Source: Terracidiphilus sp.
GTDB lineage: Bacteria; Acidobacteriota; Terriglobia; Terriglobales; Acidobacteriaceae
Direction of reading: 5' to 3'
Length of the DNA stretch: 64,000 nt
NCBI GenBank assembly: GCA_050013495.1
Contig: JBEKFD010000001.1
Span: forward strand, 29,024-93,023
In this document: piece by piece, positions 15,798 through 25,773 of the stretch
Layout: the number at the start of each line of letters is the position of its first letter
How positions within the stretch are numbered: the first letter of the stretch is position 1
Translations under genes and position numbers: made by a program
Notes under the pieces: model-generated
What the model was told of the DNA's origin: nothing
The model's input: only the letters and a program-made list of their open reading frames with translations
Database searches by the model: none

Positions 15798-18143
15798 ATG
15801 CCATTTTTCCGCATGCGGTTGATCCTTGCGCTCATTGTGGGTATTACCCTGGTCTCCGTCGGGTCCACGTATTTTGAGGTTTTGGCTCACAAGCACGGTA
15901 TGCGGCAGGAACTGGAGCGCAGGAGCGCCTGGCTGGGCACAAGCCTGCAACCGCAAATGGAGCTGGCGATTGCAAGCGGAGGCGTGGATGACATCAACGC
16001 TGCGCTGCTGCGGTTGCACCATCCGGGTGAGACGCTTGGCCTGGCCATCTACGCCCCCGGAGGCCGTCTGCTGGGCGCTGCCGGCCCGGCAGAGGTTTTC
16101 AATGCGCTGCCGCCCGATCCCGTGGAGCGCGCCGTCCGGAAGGGTGCGGAGGTCTCCGCTTTCGGGCATGCCGGGGACTGGCAATGGCTCGAGGATGCGT
16201 TCCCATTGCAGGAAGGCGGCCAACTCAACGGCGTGCTGGTGGTTGTGGAGGATGCCCGTTTCATTCGCGCGGAAGGCAACACCATGTGGCGGCGAAGCTT
16301 TTGGCGGATAGCGGGCTTTGTGGTGTTGATTGTCGCGGTCACGCTGCTGATGGTCCGCTGGTTTCTGATGCGTCCCATGATCCGGGTTGCGGAGCGGCTG
16401 CGCCAGTTGCGCATGGGCCAGGCCGGTGACAATGCGGATGAGAGCATCGCTGAACTGAGCATGTTTACTCCCCTGGCCCGCGAAGTGGAAACCATGGCCG
16501 AACGCCTGATTGCGGCGCGCGCGGTTGCCCAGGCTGAGGCTTGGCTGCGCGACGCGGGTGAACACGTGTGGACCGCGGAGCGGCTGGCGGTACACGTGCG
16601 GGAACGGTTTGGCAACAGCCGTATGTTCGTGGTTTCGAACCGTGAGCCGTACACGCATGTACGCCAAGGTGGGGATACCGTTTGCGTGGTGCCCCCCAGC
16701 GGGCTGGTCACCGCCATTGAGCCGGTGCTGCGCGCCTGCGATGGCGTATGGGTGGCGCACGGCAGCGGCAGCGAAGACTCGGCGGTGGTGGACGAATTCG
16801 ACCGTCTGCGCGTGCCTCCCGACGATCCCCGCTATACACTCAGGCGGGTCTGGCTGTCCAGTGAAGAGGAGTCAGGCTACTACGACGGCTTCGCTAACGA
16901 AGGGCTATGGCCTCTCTGTCACATCGCTCACACGCGGCCCATCTTTCGCGCTTCGGACTGGGAAACCTACCAGCGAGTGAACGCGCGGTTTGCCGCGGCG
17001 GTTGTGGAAGAAATGGAGGGCTGCGCAAATCCCATTGTCTTTGTGCAGGATTATCACTTTACCCTGCTGCCGCGGCTCATTAAAGCGGCCAGGCCGGATG
17101 CGCGCGTGGCTATTTTCTGGCACATTCCCTGGCCCAACCCGGAGTCGTTCGGCATCTGCCCATGGCAGGCGGAGTTGCTGGACGGCCTGCTCGGCGCAGA
17201 CCTGATCGGCTTTCACATCCCCTTGCATTGCAATAATTTTCTCGCCAGCGTTGACCGCGTGTTGGAAGCGCGCACTGATCGGGAGCACATGACCGCCCTC
17301 CGCCATGGGCATTTGAGCACCGTTCGGCCCTATCCGGTGAGCGTGGCTCTAGAGGGGTTCAGACGAGACGGGTCACGTTTGGCTCGCAATGAAATGACTG
17401 CCAGGTCGCGGCCGTTTGCGCGCCAGCTTTTGCTGGACGAATTTGCAGTAAGCTGCGAAACGCTGGCGGTGGGAGTGGACCGGCTGGATTACACCAAGGG
17501 CATTGTGGAGCGGATGACGGCTATCGAACACCTGTTCGAAGAGCATCCCTGGCACCGCGAGCGGCTGACCATGGTGCAGATTGCCGCGCCCAGCCGGACG
17601 CGGATTCCCAGCTACATCGACCTGCGGCGCCAGGTTGAAGAGACCGCGGCGCGCATCAACCAGCGCTTCCAGACGGCGCGTTGGAAGCCCATCATTCTGA
17701 TCCAGCGCCAGTGCAGCCACGAAGAGGTGGATCGCTGGTATCGGGCGGCGGATTTGTGCCTGGTAACCTCGCTGCACGATGGAATGAACCTGGTGGCCAA
17801 GGAATTTCTGGCCGCGCGCGACGACGAGGACGGGGTGCTGGTGCTGAGCAAGTTTACCGGCGCGGCGATTGAACTGAGAGATGCGCTGCTGGTCAATCCC
17901 TACGACATCACCGGGGTGGCGGAGGCCATCCACCAGGCTCTGGAGATGAGCCGCGCGGAGCGCCGCGCGCGGATGCAGCGGATGCGGCGCCATTTGATGG
18001 ACCACAATGTCTACCATTGGGCCGCGAACATTCTGGGCGACTTGCGCGAGTTGCGCATTGAGACAGCGGAACACGGGGAGCGCAGCCCAATCCGCCCGGA
18101 GGTGATTGGAGCCGCAGATGGGGTGCATCGTAAACTGGCCTAG
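15798..18143 (+). CDS. otsA: Trehalose-6-phosphate synthase (GT20) with an N-terminal TM-periplasmic-TM-HAMP-like extension
   Basis: VVSNREPY, SGLVTA, YYDGFANEGLWPLCH, QDYH, HIPWP, DRLDYTKG, DGMNLVAKE; two TM helices in the first ~195 aa; AAGGAGG RBS. Confidence 0.93.
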   Translation: MPFFRMRLILALIVGITLVSVGSTYFEVLAHKHGMRQELERRSAWLGTSLQPQMELAIASGGVDDINAALLRLHHPGETLGLAIYAPGGRLLGAAGPAEVFNALPPDPVERAVRKGAEVSAFGHAGDWQWLEDAFPLQEGGQLNGVLVVVEDARFIRAEGNTMWRRSFWRIAGFVVLIVAVTLLMVRWFLMRPMIRVAERLRQLRMGQAGDNADESIAELSMFTPLAREVETMAERLIAARAVAQAEAWLRDAGEHVWTAERLAVHVRERFGNSRMFVVSNREPYTHVRQGGDTVCVVPPSGLVTAIEPVLRACDGVWVAHGSGSEDSAVVDEFDRLRVPPDDPRYTLRRVWLSSEEESGYYDGFANEGLWPLCHIAHTRPIFRASDWETYQRVNARFAAAVVEEMEGCANPIVFVQDYHFTLLPRLIKAARPDARVAIFWHIPWPNPESFGICPWQAELLDGLLGADLIGFHIPLHCNNFLASVDRVLEARTDREHMTALRHGHLSTVRPYPVSVALEGFRRDGSRLARNEMTARSRPFARQLLLDEFAVSCETLAVGVDRLDYTKGIVERMTAIEHLFEEHPWHRERLTMVQIAAPSRTRIPSYIDLRRQVEETAARINQRFQTARWKPIILIQRQCSHEEVDRWYRAADLCLVTSLHDGMNLVAKEFLAARDDEDGVLVLSKFTGAAIELRDALLVNPYDITGVAEAIHQALEMSRAERRARMQRMRRHLMDHNVYHWAANILGDLRELRIETAEHGERSPIRPEVIGAADGVHRKLA

Positions 18144-18157
18144 AAAGCGAGGTTGCC

Positions 18158-18973
18158 TTGACGCCGGAGTCCGCGGATAAACTGGACGCATTTTTCACAA
18201 CCTTTGCCGGGGGAGCGACCCCGCTCCTGCTTATCGATTACGACGGCACACTGGCGCCCTTCCGCGTAAACCGTTTTGAAGCGCAGCCCTGGGCTGGGGC
18301 GCGGACGCTTCTGGAGCGCATACAACGTCAGGGCAGAACGCGCATGGCGATCATTACGGGAAGGCCGGCGGCGGAGATCGCGCCGCTTCTTAAGATCGAC
18401 CTGCCGCTGGAAGTCTGGGGCCTGCACGGCGCGGAGCGTCTTTCTCCCGATGGCCGCAGGGAATTGGAAGCGGCCGCTCCCGGAGCCCAGCAGAAGCTTG
18501 AAGAGTTGCGCGCATTTCTGCGGCGGGATAGTCTCGGCGGGCTGTTGGAAGACAAGCCGAATGCAGCCGTGATGCATTGGCGCGGGGTTCCGCCGCGGAA
18601 GGCCAGGCTGATTGAGAAGAGGACGCGTGAACTCTTTGAGCCGCTGGCACAATTGGACGGGCTGAATTTGCTGGAGTTTGAAGCCGGCCTCGAACTGCGC
18701 GTGGGGCGCGACAAGGGCGGGGCTGTCGACATGATTCTGGGCGAGGCCGATCCGGATGCGCCGGTGGCTTACCTGGGTGACGATCTCACCGATGAGGCGG
18801 CGTTTCGCGCCGTGAAAGCAGCCGGCAGCCGAGGCCTGAGCGTTTTGATGCGACGGGAGTGCCGCGAAACCTGTGCGGATATCTGGCTGCGTCCGCCGGA
18901 GGACCTGAAAGAGTTCCTGCAAAGGTGGTTGAAGACCTTGGAAAACGAAGTGGGAGTCGCCACGATGCGTTAG
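18158..18973 (+). CDS. otsB: Trehalose-6-phosphate phosphatase
   Basis: HAD motifs DYDGTLAP, ITGR, GLHGAE, DKG and GDDLTDE. Confidence 0.93.
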   Translation: MTPESADKLDAFFTTFAGGATPLLLIDYDGTLAPFRVNRFEAQPWAGARTLLERIQRQGRTRMAIITGRPAAEIAPLLKIDLPLEVWGLHGAERLSPDGRRELEAAAPGAQQKLEELRAFLRRDSLGGLLEDKPNAAVMHWRGVPPRKARLIEKRTRELFEPLAQLDGLNLLEFEAGLELRVGRDKGGAVDMILGEADPDAPVAYLGDDLTDEAAFRAVKAAGSRGLSVLMRRECRETCADIWLRPPEDLKEFLQRWLKTLENEVGVATMR

Positions 18974-19086
18974 AGCGTTTTAGGAAATAGTGCAGCGTTT
19001 AGCTTTATTGGTATCCCACCCTTTCCGCGGGAAAAAGCAGAAAGGGTCGGGCACGGTGCGCAAAAGCAGGAATGAAAATCCTTTAG
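18970..19086. mobile_element. Degenerate MITE-like element with an internal family-1 REP (19011-19055)
   Basis: Ends TAGAGCGTTTT / AAAATCCTTTA are imperfect inverted repeats; internal CCCACCCTTTC...GAAAGGGTCGGGCAC; the left end supplies the otsB TAG. Confidence 0.5.
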
Positions 19087-19197
19087 AGTTCGATACACTT
19101 AATAAGCAATAATTCTCCTCCTTCACGAACGGCGTTAAATGACAGAATTTGATTAAAGTGGGAAAATGAGGATGAAATGAAGGGGGGCGCCCGCCCC

Positions 19198-19226
19198 TTG
19201 ACTGTGTCGGCGCCGCGTAGTAGCCT
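19198..19226 (+). promoter_or_regulatory. Sigma70-like promoter
   Basis: TTGACT-17 bp-TAGCCT upstream of the 19272 gene. Confidence 0.6.
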
Positions 19227-19271
19227 CCTCCGGCAAACAAAACTACGACGATGAACTGGGAGGTTTAACCG

Positions 19272-19814
19272 ATGGCCATGGTGCAGACCGTGACGGGTCA
19301 TACCGTGATCGGGAATGGTGGAGGGTGGACTGACCCTAACGCGAATCCCCCCGCTCGGATCGCCACCGCGTGCCATTTCGCCACCGTTTTCTGGCTGTTC
19401 TGGGATGAATTTCACCGGCCTCCCACTCAAGCCGAGGTGCTGCAGATGGGCAATGCCCAAATCCTCGTCACCAGCATGATCGCGCACGGAACCCGCAAGG
19501 ACAGCGCCTTGGTTGGATCGCTCAACTTGGCTGCCGGAGCAATTCTGATCTTCGTCGACCAGGGCGGGATCGCCAGGCACTCGTGCGTGGCGATCGCAGC
19601 TCAACGGGTGGGCGGTTACAACCAGTTGGGGTGGTGGAGCGCAGGCGGCGCGGATCACGCATACTCGACCCACACCACGAACCAGCTGCTTTGGGGGTAT
19701 CTGGGTAATCGAAACAAAGTGCATAAGTTCCGGGATGAACAACAATGGTATAAGTTGTACGAGGTGCCCGAATCCTACGCCAAGATGATCGTCCGCGGAG
19801 CCGCCCAAGGGTAG
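19272..19814 (+). CDS. Hypothetical protein, possible papain-like Cys-His-Asn fold
   Basis: GGAGG RBS and its own promoter; TACH...HSCVA...GGYNQ; no signal peptide. Confidence 0.7.
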   Translation: MAMVQTVTGHTVIGNGGGWTDPNANPPARIATACHFATVFWLFWDEFHRPPTQAEVLQMGNAQILVTSMIAHGTRKDSALVGSLNLAAGAILIFVDQGGIARHSCVAIAAQRVGGYNQLGWWSAGGADHAYSTHTTNQLLWGYLGNRNKVHKFRDEQQWYKLYEVPESYAKMIVRGAAQG

Positions 19815-19949
19815 CCGACCATCGCATATCGGAATCAGTCGGCATATGCACGCCATCATTGTGGGACGCCGCCGAATGATCGTCAAAATTAACTTAAAGA
19901 CTTCAGGGCCTTGAAATCGAATTTCCCGCAGCTGATGAATCCGATTCGC

Positions 19950-22033
19950 CTACCAGACGCGGCAGGAGTCCGCGGGGTACATGGGCTTTCCCTTGGTGCA
20001 GCCGAAGGCCTTGCCGAACTCGTCGAAGTTCTGTACGGCGCCGTTGGTGCGCCAGCGGCCGGGCGAGTGGGATCGGTGAGCGCCCGCTGCCGAGCGGCCT
20101 GGTCGGTCTGGTTCTGGCACCACACCTGCCCAAAGCTGAGGAAGTAGCGCTGCGCCTCCGTATAGCCGTCTATCTTGTCGTCGATTGATTTTCCCTCCGC
20201 GGCCAGGGTATCGAGCAAGGCCATCCAGGCAATGCGCAGGCCGCCGTTATCGGCGGTGTTTTCGCCCAGGGTCAACTTGCCGTTGAGGAACTGCGCAGGA
20301 ACGTCGCCGTGAGCCGGAGCAGCTTCAAAACCGCTGTATTCTTTTGCTTCGCAGTCGGTCCGTTCGATGAATGCCTTGCGGTCTTCGGGAGTCTGCCATT
20401 CGCGCAGGTTGCCTTTTCCATCGAACTTTGATCCCTGATCGTCGAAGCCATGCGTGATCTCGTGGCCGATGACGACGCCGATGCCGCCGAAGTTGACAGC
20501 GGGGTCGATGCCGGGGTCGAAGAAGGGCGGCTGCAGGATGCCGGCAGGGAAGTTGATGTCGTTGTTTGACGAACTGTAGTTGGCGTTCACGGTCGGCGGC
20601 GTCATGGTCCACAGCTTCTCGTCCACCGGCTTGCCCAGCTTGTCCAGGTTGTAATCGCGTTCAAAAACCTCGTCTCGCTCCACATTGCCCATAAAGTCGT
20701 CTCGCTTGACGATGAAGGCGGAGTAGTCGCGCCAATTTTCCGGATACCCGATCTTGTTGCGGACCATGGACAGCTTCTCTTCGGCTTCCTTCTTGGTGGT
20801 GTCGCTCATCCAGGGGAGTGTCCTGATGTCTTCGGCGAGAGATTTATCGAGCGCGGCCACCAACTGATCCATGCTGGCCTTGGCGGCGGGGGGAAAGTTC
20901 TGCTTAACCCAGTCCTGGCCTGCTGCTTCGCCCAGGTCCTCGTCGGTCAAGGATGCGCATTGCTTCCAGCGCGGCGTTGGCTCCACTTGCCCTTGCAGCG
21001 TTTTGCCGAAGAAGGCGAAGTTCTCGTCGAAGAAGGCGCTGGGCAGTTCCATGGCCGAGCCGTGCAGCGTGTGCCAGCGCAGATAGGACTTCCAGGCGTC
21101 AACAGGTTCAATGCCAATGAGGTCGTTCAGGCCTTTGAAAAAGTCCGGCGTGGAGACGTTGAGGGTGTCGAAGGGCCGGACCTTGACGCTGCTGAAATAG
21201 ACGTTGAAATCGAAAGCAGGTGAAAGTTTCTGGAGATCGGCCAAGGCGTAAATGTGGTAACGGTTGGCCGGGATACGAAGCGCGGTGCGGTCTGTTGAGA
21301 CTGTGGCCAGCGCGGTCTCGATCTCCATCACCGCGGCAGCTTCTTTGGCGGCGTGCGCCGGTTTATCGCCGGCCAGCGTGAACATTTTGGTCACGTGATC
21401 TACATACTGCTTGCGAATTTCCTGGAACCGCTTGGTGTCCTTGATGTAGTAGTCGCGATCGGGCAGGGACAGGCCTCCCTGTCCGATTTGGGCGATCTGC
21501 TTCGAGGAGTCTTTCTGGTCCTGTTGCACGCTGAAGTGGAACGGAGTCGCCGGGCTGCCTTCTTTTGCCAGCTCGCCTATGAGCGACGACAGATGGCCTG
21601 CGTCCTTGAGTTCGGCAATGCGCTTGAGCGCGGGCTTGAGAGGCGTCAGGCCCTTCTGCTCCACAAGGCCGGTGTTCATGCAGGCGGCAAAGAACTCGCC
21701 GTACTTCTTTTCGAGCGGTGTCCTGGGGTCTTTGGAGGCAGCGTCCAGCTGCTGCCAGAGCAGGTAGAGGTTGCGCTCCTGGAGCAGCGAGAAGGAACGC
21801 GCCCAGCGCACCTGGTCGCTTGGAATTGGATTGTTCTTCATCCAGTTGCCGCAAGCATATTGATAGAAATCTGTGCAGGGGTCGGCGGTTTTGTCGATTG
21901 CGGCCGGGTCGAAGCTCCGGATGGATGCTGGAGGCTCGGGCGTTGCGGCGTTGTTTTGCGAAACGCCCGAGCTTTGAGCCAATGCTGCTGCGGCAGGCAA
22001 GATCAGGAGAGATGCAAGGAGATTTCGATTCAT
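19950..22033 (-). pseudogene. M13 (neprilysin/PepO-like) metallopeptidase with a 1-bp frameshift near the C-terminus (real lesion or sequencing error)
   Basis: DPCTDFYQYAC, VNA, HEITH, GENTAD. Restoring one C at 20069-20071 gives DPHSPGRWRTNG...SCRVW-stop at 19950. Confidence 0.85.
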
Positions 22034-22246
22034 CGAGAGTCCTTTTGGGAGCGGGATCAAATCACCGGGAAGTTCAGTGCATCGCGTCTGGCCGGGCAGA
22101 CCGGCATCGCGTCCACAGGAGCCCATTCGGAACGGATTGCATTGCTAAGAAGGCTAACACGCGAATGAGGCGCAACCCACAAGATCGAAGCACGCCGCCA
22201 AGCAAGTTTGCTACACTCCCTCTGCGGTTCCCCTGGAGAGTGAAGC

Positions 22247-23554
22247 ATGATTTTGCGATGCAAACTTGCGGTGGTGTTGTGTCTCGTGTTGGGCGGAGCA
22301 GCGCTGTATCCACAGACGGGCAAGAATGCTGTGCCAGTGCGCACGCTGGTGCGCGCCGGACACCTCCTGGATGTGAAGACCGGCAAATTGCTCGATAGCC
22401 AATCCATCGTGGTGGTGGGCGACACGATTCAATCCATTGCGGCGACGTCCCAGGTGCAGGCGCAGGCGGGCGATGCGGTGATCGACCTGGGCGGCATGAC
22501 GGTGCTGCCGGGCCTGATCGACGTGCACACGCACCTCACCATGAATACGGACTTCGATCCTTATCGCGAGCTGATTTCGACGGACGCGAAGGAAGCCATC
22601 AACGGAGTGGTGAATGCGAAGACCACGCTGTTGGCCGGGTTTACTTCCGTGCGCAACGTGGGCGCCTACGGGTTTACCGATGTTGACCTGCGCGACGCCA
22701 TCAACGCCGGGCAGGTTCCCGGACCGCACATGCAGGTAAGTGGGCCGCTGATCGGCATTACCGGCGGACACTGCGACGAGAATCTGCTGCCAATTAAATA
22801 TCACGTGGTGGCAGACGGCGTGGCCGACGGCATTGCCGAGGTGCAGCACAAGGTGCGCGAGAACATCAAGTACGGGGCTGACCTGATCAAGATCTGCGCC
22901 ACGGGCGGCGTGCTGTCAAAAGGCGACGATCCGCAGGCTTCTCAATTCACGCTCGAAGAGATGCAGGCCATTGTGGCTGACGCGCACCGGCTGGGACGCA
23001 AGGTGGCTGCACACGCGCATGGGGCGCAGGGCATTCTTTGGGCAACCGAGGCAGGCGTGGACTCGATTGAGCACGGCAGCTATATCAACGACGAAGCCAT
23101 TGCCGAGATGAAGAAGCGCGGGACTTATCTTGTGCCTACGCTTTATCTCGAAGACTGGATGTTGGAAAAGGGCAGTCTGCCGGCGTTCTATCACCAGAAG
23201 ATGATCGACGTGAGCGCTGTGGCCAAGAGCAACATCAAGCACGCCATGCAGGCCGGGGTGAAGATTGCGCTGGGCACGGATGCGGCGGTGTATCCGCATG
23301 GGTTGAATGCCCACGAACTGGATGTGTATGTGAACCAGTTGGGCATGGCTCCGCTGGCGGCGTTGCAAACGGCCACTGTGAACGCCTCCGACCTGATGGG
23401 CTGGAGCGCGAAGACGGGGACGCTTGAGCCGGGCAAGTGGGCGGACATTATTGCCGTGGATACGAACCCTTTGAACGATGTGCGCGTCTTGCAGGATGTG
23501 AAGTTCGTGATGAAGGCGGGGGTGGTGTACAAAGGTCAGGGCGCCGCGCAATAG
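22247..23554 (+). CDS. Amidohydrolase family (Xaa-Pro dipeptidase-like) protein
   Basis: PGLIDVHTH, KICATGG, AHAHG, IEHG, GTDA; signal peptide. Confidence 0.92.
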   Translation: MILRCKLAVVLCLVLGGAALYPQTGKNAVPVRTLVRAGHLLDVKTGKLLDSQSIVVVGDTIQSIAATSQVQAQAGDAVIDLGGMTVLPGLIDVHTHLTMNTDFDPYRELISTDAKEAINGVVNAKTTLLAGFTSVRNVGAYGFTDVDLRDAINAGQVPGPHMQVSGPLIGITGGHCDENLLPIKYHVVADGVADGIAEVQHKVRENIKYGADLIKICATGGVLSKGDDPQASQFTLEEMQAIVADAHRLGRKVAAHAHGAQGILWATEAGVDSIEHGSYINDEAIAEMKKRGTYLVPTLYLEDWMLEKGSLPAFYHQKMIDVSAVAKSNIKHAMQAGVKIALGTDAAVYPHGLNAHELDVYVNQLGMAPLAALQTATVNASDLMGWSAKTGTLEPGKWADIIAVDTNPLNDVRVLQDVKFVMKAGVVYKGQGAAQ

Positions 23555-23601
23555 TTCGCCGCTAGACTCGGCCGACGCCAAATTAAGGGAGAATCTTGCT
23601 C

Positions 23602-25089
23602 ATGCGTTTTGCTCAAAACCTGCTGCTCTCCGCTCTTGTGGCTGCCGGGCTTCACGGAGCCTATGCGCAAGAAGCTGCCCCCGCCCCCTTCCCCGCATTG
23701 GATGTCGCGAAAGTTCAATCCATCGACGCTTTCGTTACAGCTGAGCTGGCCCGCGAGAAAATTCCGGGGGCTGAGGTGGGCATCTATAGCCGCGGGCGGG
23801 TTCTGCTGGCGAAGGGGTATGGGCTCGCGAACGTGGAGCTGAACGTGCCGGTGAAGCCGGAGACACTATTCCAGTCCGGCTCGGTGGGCAAGCAGTTTGT
23901 CTCCGCAGCGATCATGATGCTGGTGGAAGAGGGCAAAATCTCGCTCGACGACAGCGTGACGAAATACTTTCCTGAGGCTCCGGCAAGCTGGAAGCCGATC
24001 CTGATAAAAAACCTGCTCTCACACACTTCGGGGCTGTCGGAATACGAGAGCGGCGACCGCACGGGGCCGAAGGGGGCCTTTTACCTGCGCCTCGATTTCA
24101 CCGAGGACGAACTGGCGACGAAGATCGAAGCGCTGCCCATCGAGTGGGCGCCCGGGTCGAAGTGGGCCTACCGCAATACGAATTATGTTTTGCTGGGAAT
24201 TATCATCCACAAGATCACCGGCAAGCGCTATGGCGAGTTCCTTGCCGAGAGGATCTTCAAACCGCTGGGGATGACGTCGACGAGGCTGATCAGCGAACAG
24301 GACATTATTCCCAATCGCGCTGCGGGCTATGAACTCGACGACGGGCAATTGAAGAACCAGGAATGGGTCTCGCCCACATTCAACTCGACCGCCGACGGCA
24401 CACTCTACTTCAACGTGGTTGACCTGGCCAAGTGGGATGAGGCTTTATACGGCACGAGGCTGCTCAAGGAAGCCAGCCTGGACCGCATCTGGACGGTCTA
24501 TCCGCTGAACGATGGCAAGCCGAATCCTGCCGGCTACGGATTTGCGTGGATGATCGGCGACCAGAAGGGACACAAGCGCATCGAGCATGGCGGCGCCTGG
24601 CAAGGCTTTACCTGCGACATCTCGCGCTATCCCGACGACAGCCTGACCGTGGTGGTGCTCACCAACCTGGACGCCGGCCACGCAAATCCCGGCTTGATTG
24701 CGCATGTAGTTGCCGGCCTGGCCCACGCGCCGCTGATGCCTGCGAAGCTGACGGCCATTCCCGACGACAAGCCTGAGATTGCAGTTGCATTGGGAAAAAT
24801 TCTCGACAAGCTGGCGGAGGGTGAAGACATTCGTCCCCAAGCCACCGCAGAGCTCCTTCCATACCTGACTCCGGAAGCCGGCGCCTCGGTGAAGAAGAGG
24901 CTCGAAGTCCTGTGGCCCGGCGGAGCGCTGACGCTGGTCCGGCGCACGGCCGTGCCCGGCCCGGCTGGACTCTTCAACTCCACTTTCCGGCTCACCAAGG
25001 GTTCCAATTCCGTGTTGGTGAACTTTGGCCTTAACGCGGAAGGGAAAATATCCGGGCTGGGATTTTCAAGAGACCGCGAATACCAATGA
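23602..25089 (+). CDS. Serine hydrolase, beta-lactamase class C-like
   Basis: SVGK (SxxK), LLSHTSG, YRN, HGG; signal peptide AYA|Q. Confidence 0.92.
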   Translation: MRFAQNLLLSALVAAGLHGAYAQEAAPAPFPALDVAKVQSIDAFVTAELAREKIPGAEVGIYSRGRVLLAKGYGLANVELNVPVKPETLFQSGSVGKQFVSAAIMMLVEEGKISLDDSVTKYFPEAPASWKPILIKNLLSHTSGLSEYESGDRTGPKGAFYLRLDFTEDELATKIEALPIEWAPGSKWAYRNTNYVLLGIIIHKITGKRYGEFLAERIFKPLGMTSTRLISEQDIIPNRAAGYELDDGQLKNQEWVSPTFNSTADGTLYFNVVDLAKWDEALYGTRLLKEASLDRIWTVYPLNDGKPNPAGYGFAWMIGDQKGHKRIEHGGAWQGFTCDISRYPDDSLTVVVLTNLDAGHANPGLIAHVVAGLAHAPLMPAKLTAIPDDKPEIAVALGKILDKLAEGEDIRPQATAELLPYLTPEAGASVKKRLEVLWPGGALTLVRRTAVPGPAGLFNSTFRLTKGSNSVLVNFGLNAEGKISGLGFSRDREYQ

Positions 25090-25135
25090 AGACGGATGAA
25101 GCGCCGAAATTGCGTTGTGAACAGTGCTGGGAACC

Positions 25136-25164
25136 TTGACAAGCGTACAGAAAACCTGTACGTT
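25136..25164 (+). promoter_or_regulatory. yefM-yoeB promoter with palindromic operator
   Basis: TTGACA-17 bp-TACGTT; perfect inverted repeat CGTACAG-N5-CTGTACG at 25144-25162 (GTAC core typical of YefM operators). Confidence 0.82.
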
Positions 25165-25170
25165 GAGTAG

Positions 25171-25473
25171 GTGAGGTTCGATGCCATGCCGGTGGAAACC
25201 ACGTATACCGCCCTGCGAGAGAAGTTAGCAGGGTTTTTGGATCGGGTGACGGATGACAACGAGGTGGTGATCGTGCGGCGGCGCGGCGGCCGGGATGTGG
25301 CGATCCTCCCAGCAGATGAGCTTTCGAGCTTGATGGAGACGGCGCATCTGCTGAGTTCGCCGAAGAATGCCGAGCGGCTATTTGAGTCTTTGCGCGAGTT
25401 GGAGCGGGGTGGAGGGGAAGTGGTAACCCTGGAAGAGCTTCGTCGCTCAATCGGATTGGTTAAGATGAGCTGA
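25171..25473 (+). CDS. yefM: YefM/Phd family antitoxin
   Basis: TYTALREKLA...SLMETAHLLSSPKNAERL. Start is GTG 25171 or ATG 25186. Confidence 0.92.
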   Translation: MRFDAMPVETTYTALREKLAGFLDRVTDDNEVVIVRRRGGRDVAILPADELSSLMETAHLLSSPKNAERLFESLRELERGGGEVVTLEELRRSIGLVKMS

Positions 25474-25482
25474 TCGAATCCC

Positions 25483-25758
25483 ATGAGCAAGCCGGCAGAT
25501 CGCATTGCGGTGATTTCGAGTAATTTTCGCGATGATTTAAGACAATGGATCGAGACGGACCGCAAGGTCGCACTCCGTGTCCTTGACTTGATGCAAGCCA
25601 CCATCGCCGATCCGTTCGGCGGCATCGGCAAGCCTGAACCGCTCAGATTTGAGCTCGCCGGTTCCTGGAGCCGGCGAATTACGCGGGAGCATCGGCTGGT
25701 TTATCGAGTCCGTGAAGATCGCATCGAATTTCACCAGGCGCGGTATCACTATGAGTAA
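25483..25758 (+). CDS. yoeB: Txe/YoeB family toxin
   Basis: PFGGIGKPEPL...WSRRITREHRLVY...ARYHY. Confidence 0.95.
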   Translation: MSKPADRIAVISSNFRDDLRQWIETDRKVALRVLDLMQATIADPFGGIGKPEPLRFELAGSWSRRITREHRLVYRVREDRIEFHQARYHYE

Positions 25759-25773
25759 ATCTGGACCGCAACC

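Noticed and set aside
15114-16760. 548-aa minus-strand ORF
   Set aside because: Overlaps otsA antisense and mlaE out of frame; composition is not protein-like.
19889-19949. Track C-terminus of the M13 ORF
   Set aside because: Artefact of the frameshift; the family-consistent end is at 19950.
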